Position numbers and translations under genes: made by a program
Assembly (NCBI GenBank): GCA_963668585.1
Contig: OY764869.1
Location: 1,397,292 to 1,461,291, forward strand
Origin: Dehalococcoidia bacterium
GTDB taxonomy: Bacteria > Chloroflexota > Dehalococcoidia > Lucifugimonadales > UBA3495
Direction of reading: 5' to 3'
DNA: 64,000 bases
In this document: piece by piece, positions 38,166 to 45,765 of the stretch
How positions within the stretch are numbered: the stretch's first letter is position 1
Layout: each line of letters starts with the position of its first letter
The notes under the pieces: generated by a model
Told to the model about the DNA's origin: nothing
The model's input: only the letters and a program-made list of their open reading frames with translations
Databases searched by the model: none

Positions 38166-38516
38166 GTGATTCCAATCAGCAAACGCTCCCTGATGAGCGG
38201 CATCATGCTGCTCTCGTTCGCGTTCCTGTCCTGGTACGGTATCGGCTGCGGATACGAAGAAGCCTTGGAAGGTGAGGAGCCCGTGGCAACCACGCGCTGG
38301 GAATACCCGGATCCCGGCGCTCCGGAAAACTGGGGCAGCCTGACCGACGAGTTCCGCACCTGTGAGGCAGGCGTTGAACAGTCCCCGGTCAACCTTGCCG
38401 GCTACGCCCTCAGCGACGCTGCGCCGCCGCCCAGCTGCATCACGCAAAAATCACCGTGGCCAGCGCCAAACCCACCCGACGGAGGATGTATTGTCGCATC
38501 GTCAGTAATGCCTTGA
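38166..38516 (+). pseudogene. alpha-carbonic anhydrase N-terminal fragment
   Basis: WEYPDPGAPENWGSLTDEFRTCEAGVEQSPVNL matches the alpha-CA N-terminal signature. The catalytic His region is absent. Confidence 0.5.
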
Positions 38517-38950
38517 TGACGCTATGATTGCGCTACACCTGACGCTGCTTCACATTCAACGGATCCTGCGGCCAGTCGGCCAGCAGGTTCATGCCGAGCG
38601 CCACCAGTAGGATAATACGGCGAATATCCGCCGAGACATTCCAATGCGGTTCGTTAGGCATCCTGAATCGCCCTGGCAATTGATACCCAATTTAGTTCGC
38701 CCAACGGCCATCACGTAAACTTGGCCGAGTATCAGCCGCAGGCGCTGCACGTCGGGAACCAGGACCAGTTGCGACGTCGGTTGGCCTGGTTCACCCCGCA
38801 CTTCCCGTAGATCACCGCCGCCGGACCCGCCTGGCCCTGCTGCTAGCCAGTTGGTGCCAGCGCCAACGCTGCCTGCTCTGTTCTCTGGCCGGTGAACGCC
38901 GCGAATTGGCGGCCCTGCCCAAACGGCAGAGCGTCGGCGACCGGAGGCCG

Positions 38951-39694
38951 TCAAAAGAGATCAGCGTCCTGGCCGAGCCACTTCCTGATGAGGGCGTTCA
39001 GTGAGCCGTCATCCTTCATTTCGCTTACGGCCTGGTCCAGCTTGTCCCTTAACGGACCATCGTCTTCCCGAACGCCGACACCGGTACCGAAGTCGAGCTT
39101 CACCTCCGGGCCAACGATGGTCAGCCTTCCCTCGTATCCCGCCATACTCTCATGGGCGAACTCCCGGTCCACCAGCGCCGCATCCGCTTCGCCGCTCAAC
39201 ACGGCCTCAATAGGTTCTGAGGCCAGTTTGTACTCCAACAGCGTTACTCCGGTTTGGGACACAAGATAGCTGGCCTGGACCGTGGCCACCTGAGCGGCCA
39301 CCTTGCCATTGGCCGCTTCGTCGCCGCCACCGGCCAGAGCTACGTAGACCGATCGGGCGGGCGGGATGTACGGCTGAGTGAAATCGATGACTTCATCCCG
39401 CTCATCGGTGATGCTCATCCCGGCCAGGATGGTGTCGTACTTGCCATCCAGCAAGTTAGGGATGATGGTGTTCCATTCGTTGGTTACCCACGTGCACTCA
39501 AGGTTGGCCCGCCGGCACAGCTCATCACCCAACTCCCGCTCTAATCCGTCGACCTCACCATCATCATTGATGAAGTTGAAGGGGGGATAGGCCCCCTCGG
39601 TCCCCATACGGACAACATCGGGCGCACTGGAGCACGACAGGGAAACGGCAAGGAGTACCGCAAGCATTGCAACGAAGAAGATGGGTCTGATCAT
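38951..39694 (-). CDS. amino-acid ABC transporter substrate-binding protein (family 3)
   Basis: MGTEGAYPPFNFINDDGEVDG...DTILAGMSITDERDEVIDFTQPY; lipoprotein-like signal peptide. Confidence 0.85.
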   Translation of the reverse strand: MIRPIFFVAMLAVLLAVSLSCSSAPDVVRMGTEGAYPPFNFINDDGEVDGLERELGDELCRRANLECTWVTNEWNTIIPNLLDGKYDTILAGMSITDERDEVIDFTQPYIPPARSVYVALAGGGDEAANGKVAAQVATVQASYLVSQTGVTLLEYKLASEPIEAVLSGEADAALVDREFAHESMAGYEGRLTIVGPEVKLDFGTGVGVREDDGPLRDKLDQAVSEMKDDGSLNALIRKWLGQDADLF

Positions 39695-39708
39695 GTTCGT
39701 TTTTAACT

Positions 39709-39835
39709 CCAATCCACGGACAAGATGAGTGTGGCGGCGTGCTGAAGGGGTTAGAAAGTGCTCCTGTGCTTCGGGGATAATGGTTTTGGAAAGACAAAAC
39801 CGACCCGAAATCAGGAGCACTCAATAGATAATACC
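39709..39835 (-). promoter_or_regulatory. conserved ~127-nt 5' leader element, copy 2
   Basis: Homologous to 5119-5244. Forms an extended hairpin (GTGCTCCTG..TTCGGG..GGTTTTG/CAAAACC..CCCGAA..CAGGAGCAC). Ends 14 nt before the SBP start codon. Confidence 0.5.
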
Positions 39836-39951
39836 ACTTGACCATCTCGACCGCATTCAAATCGCCTAGGCAGTCAGGGCAATCGCATATCAGATTATTC
39901 CAAAAAATCAGGCGAAAATAACCCCTGAGATTTGGTTGACTGAGGTGCGTA

Positions 39952-41136
39952 GTGGCTATGGATGATGTGCCGCTTTCAATTGCGGAACGGTTCGGAACAC
40001 TCGAAGACCCGAGAACCGGACACGCCAGACGGCACCAGCTGCTGGACATCATCGTCATCACTCTTTGCGCGGTGATCTGCGGCGCCGACAACTGGGTGGA
40101 GATTGCGGAATTCGGCAAGGCCAAGGAGGATTCGTTCCGGCGGTTCTTGAAGTTGCCTAACGGCATACCCTCCCACGACACCTTCGGGAGAGTGTTTGGT
40201 CTGCTGGACCCGGAGCAGTTTTCGGCCTGCTTCATGGACTGGGTACGCTCGGTGAGCGACCTGGCTCAGGGCGAGGTGGTGGCAATAGACGGCAAGACCA
40301 TGCGGGGTTGTCACGACCGGGCCAACGGTCGAGGTCCGCTGCATATGGTGAGCGCCTGGGCCACCGATAACCGGATGGTGCTGGGGCAGACCCGCACCGG
40401 TGCCCACTCCAACGAGATCACGGCGATACCGGAACTGCTCAAGGTGCTGGAACTGAAGGGTTGCCTGGTAGCGATAGATGCCATGGGCTGCCAGAGGAAC
40501 ATCGCCCACCAAGTGGCGCAGGGGGGCGCTGACTATCTGCTGGCGGTGAAAGCTAATCAGGGTGAGTTGCATGAGAACATCAAGGACCTGTTCGCCTGCT
40601 GTAAGCGCGTGGAATGGGATGGTGTGGCTTACAGCCACCACGAACAGGTGGGCAAAGACCACGGCCGGCTGGAACGCCGCCAGTGCTGGGTAATCATCGA
40701 CCCAGAGGAACTGGCCTACGTGGACCCACAACGCCAATGGGCCAGCCTGGGCGCCGTGGCCCGGGTCAGCTACCGCCGGCACGCTGCCACCGATGCCGCA
40801 ACAGATGATGCCGCAACAGATGATGCCCCAACAGATGATGCCCCAACCGATACCCGCTACTACATCTGCAGCTATCCGGCGGACGCTGCCACTCTTTTGG
40901 CATCGGCCAGAAGCCACTGGAGCATCGAGAACAGCCTGCACCGGGTGTTGGACGTGGCCTTCGACGACCACCACAGCCGGGTGAGGACCGGCCACTCCGA
41001 GCGGAACCTGGCGGTGATCAGGCACTTGGCCTTGAACCTGCTCAAGCAGGAACGCAGCGCAAAAATCGGCATCAAAGCCAAACGTAAAAAAGCTGGATGG
41101 GACTTCGACTACCTGCTCAAAGTCCTGTCCCAGTGA
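39952..41136 (+). CDS. ISAs1-family transposase (H-repeat-associated type)
   Basis: FGTLEDPRTGHARRHQLLDIIVITLCAVICGADNWVEIAEFGKAK...HWSIENSLHRVLDVAFDDHHSRVRTG. Confidence 0.9.
   Translation: MAMDDVPLSIAERFGTLEDPRTGHARRHQLLDIIVITLCAVICGADNWVEIAEFGKAKEDSFRRFLKLPNGIPSHDTFGRVFGLLDPEQFSACFMDWVRSVSDLAQGEVVAIDGKTMRGCHDRANGRGPLHMVSAWATDNRMVLGQTRTGAHSNEITAIPELLKVLELKGCLVAIDAMGCQRNIAHQVAQGGADYLLAVKANQGELHENIKDLFACCKRVEWDGVAYSHHEQVGKDHGRLERRQCWVIIDPEELAYVDPQRQWASLGAVARVSYRRHAATDAATDDAATDDAPTDDAPTDTRYYICSYPADAATLLASARSHWSIENSLHRVLDVAFDDHHSRVRTGHSERNLAVIRHLALNLLKQERSAKIGIKAKRKKAGWDFDYLLKVLSQ
40795..40854 (+). repeat. 4 x 15-bp tandem repeat inside the ISAs1 transposase ORF
   Basis: GCCGCAACAGATGAT x2, GCCCCAACAGATGAT, GCCCCAACCGATACC, encoding (A/P)(A/P)TDD repeats. 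Confidence 0.85.
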
Positions 41137-41396
41137 AATGCGATTGCCTTGTTATGATTTCCCAGCATGATGAAAATTCATCGTATATTCTGATAATATG
41201 TTGTCGTTTTGGACGCACTGTCCGATGAATTATCATCATATCTAAACCAAATTAGAGAGCAAACAACCGATACTCCAGGCAGATGTCCTGCGGTCTGAGC
41301 AGACATAAACAGACCGCCGACCAGAGAGGCCAATGCCCGAAGGCCTGGGACTTAATCAGCGCCCACGCCCAGCGGTGAACGAGGCATTACCGGGAC

Positions 41397-42014
41397 ATGG
41401 AAGCAGCCGGCAAAAAGCGAAGGAACGCGGAAGTGTCCGGAGACCGACTCTCCAGGATGGCTGAGGCCCGTCTGCGCATTGCCCCGGACCTGGACGTAGA
41501 CGACGCCCCGCAGTGGGGCATTGACGGCGCCTGCTCGCTGACCGGTACCTGGTACGGCAAGCTGTTTGCTTTGGCGACTCCGCGGTACGGAAGACCAACC
41601 TGCGTCTTTCCCGACGGCTTACCGAAACGGCTCAAGCGGCTCAGTGGGATGGCCGTCGTAAAGTTCATGGAATCGAACATGGGGGAAAACATCCACTTCG
41701 CACTCTCCGCAACGACCGTTGACAACGACGGCATTGAGCGCGAAGAAGCGCGCTTCTTCCAGAGACCCGACGACAGGCTGCGGCTGCACCGGGTGGACAG
41801 CGACGCCCGATGGCGCACCGTTCGATTCAGCAATGCGTCGGGATTACGGCGCCAAGAGAACACCTCGGTTGACCAAGGCAAGTTCATCCTTTTCCGACAG
41901 CTCAACCACACCTCCGAAAAGAACCGGGGGACCCCGCTAAACCTCTACCGAGGTTTGCCCCAGCAAGGGGTCAGGCGCACGGTTCCAGCACGCCAGCAAT
42001 TTCAGGGTTCGTGA
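41397..42014 (+). CDS. hypothetical protein (weak call)
   Basis: ORF only. An equally long antisense ORF exists. Confidence 0.25.
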   Translation: MEAAGKKRRNAEVSGDRLSRMAEARLRIAPDLDVDDAPQWGIDGACSLTGTWYGKLFALATPRYGRPTCVFPDGLPKRLKRLSGMAVVKFMESNMGENIHFALSATTVDNDGIEREEARFFQRPDDRLRLHRVDSDARWRTVRFSNASGLRRQENTSVDQGKFILFRQLNHTSEKNRGTPLNLYRGLPQQGVRRTVPARQQFQGS

Positions 42015-42045
42015 GTAGAGGCACGAAAAGAAGGAGGAAAACGCC

Positions 42046-42381
42046 ATGGATAAGGATTGGGTGCCGGCCAACAAGGCGGTGAACGCCGGGTCTCAGATTG
42101 AAGAAGCCTGTTTGGCAATCCTGTTGGAAGAGCGCACGAGGGGACGCCATGCTGGCGGAGTGTCGACGGCGGACGTAGCTGCGCGAATCGGGCCGGAGCG
42201 TTGGCTGGGTGTCTGCGTGACCGAAATCGTCGTCGAACGAATACTGCTGGAAGCAGGCAAAGTGGAGCGGCACTCAATTGGGCCAATGCCCGAAGGATGG
42301 GAAATCACGGACGACGAGGCGATGATCCGGCTCCCTTCACGTCCTGGCCGTGCGTGGCTTAGTTTCGAGCCAGGGCCTTGA
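42046..42381 (+). CDS. small winged-helix-like protein, paralog of 23841-24164
   Basis: GGAGG RBS; shared motif IEEACLAILLEE. Followed by two perfect hairpins. Confidence 0.5.
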   Translation: MDKDWVPANKAVNAGSQIEEACLAILLEERTRGRHAGGVSTADVAARIGPERWLGVCVTEIVVERILLEAGKVERHSIGPMPEGWEITDDEAMIRLPSRPGRAWLSFEPGP

Positions 42382-42575
42382 TGGGATAAGCGGCGGTGAC
42401 CGCCGCGTAGGGGTGCCCGACGAGGTGAAACAGGGCGGGCACCCCTACGCCAGGGACCGCTTGCTGGCGGCGCCGGTCCTGATCTCCATGTTGGCGTCTC
42501 GGCCCAGTCGCAAAGATGCCCAAACGACAATCCTACGAAGAAAGGAAAATCGAACACGCGGAGGCATGACGAGAC

Positions 42576-43066
42576 GTGAGCGCCCTGGGAATAGAAGACG
42601 CAATCCGTCAGGTGATGGAGGCCTACCGTCGGCACGACGGCTGGCTCTCCAGAGACAAGACCAGGACGCGGTACGCCGCTGTCGACCCCATCCTGTGGGC
42701 TCTCCGCTGGCGCACCTGGAATCCGGCAGAATTCCAACCCGACTTTAGCCTGGGCCAGCGGGGCCAGGTGGATTACGCGCTCTTCGACAGCAACGGCAAC
42801 CTTGCTGTTTTGATTGAAGTCCATGTTGCGCGGTCGCGGCTCAGCCGCGACCGCATCCAGCTGTGGAACCACACCGCGGGATGACCCACGGAATAGGCGT
42901 CCTGACCCACGGGTTCTACTGGGAGGTCTATGACCTAAGCATCAAGACCCGCAACATCGACTGGCGGTGCGTAGCGAGACTGGCTCTGGACCCTGCGGAG
43001 CCCGACGGATTTCAGCGCGTTGCTGACGCTCTGCACCACTGGCTCGACCGGAGTAATTGGCCATGA
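42576..43066 (+). pseudogene. HsdR_N-like PD-(D/E)XK domain gene, frameshifted near 42865
   Basis: VDPILWALRW...GQVDYALFDSNGNLAVLIEV, then in another frame GIGVLTHGFYWEVYDL. Confidence 0.4.
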
Positions 43067-43227
43067 CGTCGGCAAAAGGAGGTGCTCATTCTCGGCAAGA
43101 TGACGTGATCCACCACGACGCAGTCCAGTCACGCACAGTCGCGGCGTCTGATTGCGAACCGTGCCTCACACCGAACCCAACAACTCAACCAACTGACGCC
43201 CGTCAGGGCGCCAAAGGAGCAGAAACC

Positions 43228-43716
43228 ATGTCAGTCAGCGAACCAGATGAATTTGAACTCCACGACAACATGCCTGAGCGCATGGAGAGGATGAATTCCG
43301 AACGCTCCCGAAGAGGCAGGAGAGAAGCCGCCCAAAGAGGATTTTACACATCGTCGATAGCCCCATACGGCTACCGGAAAGTCACCGTAATGGACTCGGG
43401 GAAGCGACACAACAAGCTTGAGCCGGATCCCCAACACGCGGACACAGTGCGGAGGATCTTCGGGGCCCGGCTGCAGGGCGCCACAGAGCGGGGCATCGCG
43501 GAACAACTGAACCAGGAGGGCATCCTATCGGCGACAGGGCAACGGTGGGACGCAGGAAAAGTGCGGCGCATCCTGCGCAACGAGGTCTACTGTGGGACCA
43601 TCGTGGTTGGGAGACGAGCCGCGGGGAACGCCGAAGCCCCGGTCAGAGTGCCGAACGCTTTCTCTGCGATCATCTCCCAGGACGAGTTCGACCAGGTGCA
43701 AAGGATGGACGAGTAG
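43228..43716 (+). pseudogene. large serine recombinase fragment: recombinase domain only, no catalytic domain
   Basis: RGFYTSSIAPYGYRKV...DTVRRIFGARLQGATERGIAEQLNQEGILSATGQRWDAGKVRRILRNEVYCGTIVVGR...ISQDEFDQVQ. Has its own AAAGGAG RBS. Confidence 0.6.
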
Positions 43717-44046
43717 CCCGTTCCGGACCAGCGTCTCGCTCGTTACGACGGTCTCACCAATGATGTGAAGCGTCATGCCAGCGAGGCCGATCCTGGCTTA
43801 CGGGCGCCGGCTCAGTGGAACGGCCCCTGACCGGGCATCATCCGAACGCGACCGGCGAACCCATGGCGAAACGGATTGAGAGCCCATCGGCCCCCTGACC
43901 ACCAGGGCAGTTTCCGGTCCCCTGCGTGCCTGTCAGAGCCGCGAACGCCAATTTGATGACACCAGGCCGTTGCGGCCCCAGGCAAATCCCAAATAAGCTC
44001 GGGGGCATCCCCGCCCGCGGATACCGCTTTGGCGATCCCCCGAGCA

Positions 44047-44678
44047 AAACCCTACATCTGGACCACCTGGCTTCCCAGGCTGCTGACCGGCGAGAATTCC
44101 TGTTAATGGAGCGTCTGGTTCAAGGCCCACTACCAGGACTGGGCCAGGGTTCCGTCGACTTCAACCAGGCCCAGTGGCTGCTCGACCATACCGCGCTGCT
44201 CAACGGGCGAAGAGCCAACTGGGAAGTCGGCGGCTATGACGTCGACGCCGAGGCCCAGAACAGCTTCGCACTCCGCGGCAGGTCAGCGACGCTTTCTGGC
44301 AAACCTGACCTGATTGCACACCGCGAAAACGAGGCCGTCATCGTCGACGCCAAGACCGGCCACAACAGCCCCAGCCACGTCGTGCAGGTCATGATCTACC
44401 TGTACGCCGTCCCAAGAGCACTGGAACGCTACCGCGACGCCAAGCTCCGCGGTCAGGTCACATACCGCGACCACACGGTCCGTATTCCGGCGGATGCCGT
44501 CGACGACCAGTTCGTGCAGAACCTGGGCGCGTTGATTCGCCGGCTCTCAGCCGGCGAGCCGGCGAGGAGGGTGCCCAGCCAGCAGGAATGCCGGTTCTGC
44601 GACATCAGCGCCGCCGATTGCCCAGTTCGCGTGGACGAAGCCTCCGCGCCAGACGCTGGAGAAACCGCCGACTTTTGA
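44047..44678 (+). pseudogene. Cas4-like nuclease paralog copy 2, with an in-frame TAA (44104-44106) plus a 1-nt frameshift
   Basis: PYIWTTWLPRLLTGENSC*WSVWFKAHY in frame 1, then DFNQAQWLLDHTALL...VMIYLYAVP...CRFCDISAADCP in frame 0. Confidence 0.8.
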
Positions 44679-44750
44679 AAGCGAGCCAGAACCGTCGGCG
44701 GTCTGACTTGTGCGGGAGCCGAACGCTCCAGTAGTCTCGGGAGCGTCATC

Positions 44751-45255
44751 ATGACTACCCGACCCTGGCATCCCATCACCCCACTCCAGCCGCAATCCGA
44801 CCGCGACTTCTCCCAGGACGACGACCTGCGGCTCCGGTGGCTCGAACACCGGTCGAACGCCGGAGACGCCGACCTGACCGAGCTACACCGCAGCTGGGCC
44901 ATCGAGACCGGCATCATCGAGGGCATCTACCAGCTGGACGAAGCTCAAACGCGAACCCTCATCGAACAGGGCTTCGAGCCCTCCGCCATCCCGCCGTCCG
45001 GCACCGGCCAGGACCCCGACAACTTGCTCGCCATCCTGCAGGACCACATGACGGCCCTCGACGCCATCTACTCAGGAGTCCGCCGCGAACGCTCCATCGG
45101 CCGGACGGCCATCCGCCAGCTGCACCAGGTCATCGTCGCCCACCAGCCAACCTACCGGGCCATGAACCAGTTCGGACAGCGATTCGACGCCACGCTACAC
45201 GCCGGCACCTTCAAAACCATGCCCAACAACCCGACGCGGCCCGACGGCGTGCTAC
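44751..45255 (+). pseudogene. Fic-family gene, N-terminal part only (lacks the HPFx(D/E)GNGR motif)
   Basis: WAIETGIIEGIYQLDEAQT...IRQLHQVIV...LHAGTFKTMPNNPTRPDG follows the Fic pre-motif pattern, then switches abruptly to Cas4-like sequence. Confidence 0.55.
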
Positions 45256-45534
45256 ATGTACGCACTGCCGCGCGCCCTCGAGCAGTACAGGGACGCCCGC
45301 ATCTCGGGCGAGATCCACTACCCCAACCGCATCCAGCGCGTGCCACAGGGCGGCGTAGATCGCGGGTTCATCCACCGCCTCATCACGCTCATTCACCGTG
45401 TGGCGGCGCCAGACCCGCCACCCTGGACGCCCAGCGGGCCAGAGTGCCGCTTCTGCGACATCACGGACGCTGACTGCCCAGAACGCGTCGAAGCGGAACC
45501 CGAGACGGAACAGGCAACCACCGACGACTTCTGA
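45256..45534 (+). pseudogene. Cas4-like nuclease, 3' fragment (copy 3), fused to the truncated Fic gene
   Basis: MYALPRALEQYRDARISGEIHYP...CRFCDITDADCPERVE aligns with the C-terminal third of the intact paralog. Confidence 0.7.
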
Positions 45535-45765
45535 CCAGCGTCATTGACCACCCCATGGTCGCGTCATGACGTCTCCGCACGGCACCGTCAATGGTCGCCC
45601 TATCACGATTCTCCGTCCACCAACCCTAACCGCACGGATGCCAACCATCCCGCGATATGGCACCCAGCGCGCCACACAACGCCCCGAACAGCGACGCCGG
45701 TCGCCCCGTCGTCAGGGCGGCCGGCTTTGCCGTAGGTGAACGACAGCGTGATTAGTATGGGTTAG

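Larger units (their letters stand above)
39875..41151 (+). mobile_element. complete ISAs1-family insertion sequence (~1277 bp)
   Basis: Terminal inverted repeats CAGGGCAATCGCAT (39875-39888) and ATGCGATTGCCTTG (41138-41151) flank the transposase. Confidence 0.8.

Noticed and set aside
39976-41025. 349-aa minus-strand ORF
   Set aside because: It is antisense to the ISAs1 transposase.
42093-42872. 259-aa minus-strand ORF
   Set aside because: It overlaps the wHTH paralog and the HsdR_N-like remnant on the plus strand, and its composition is not protein-like.
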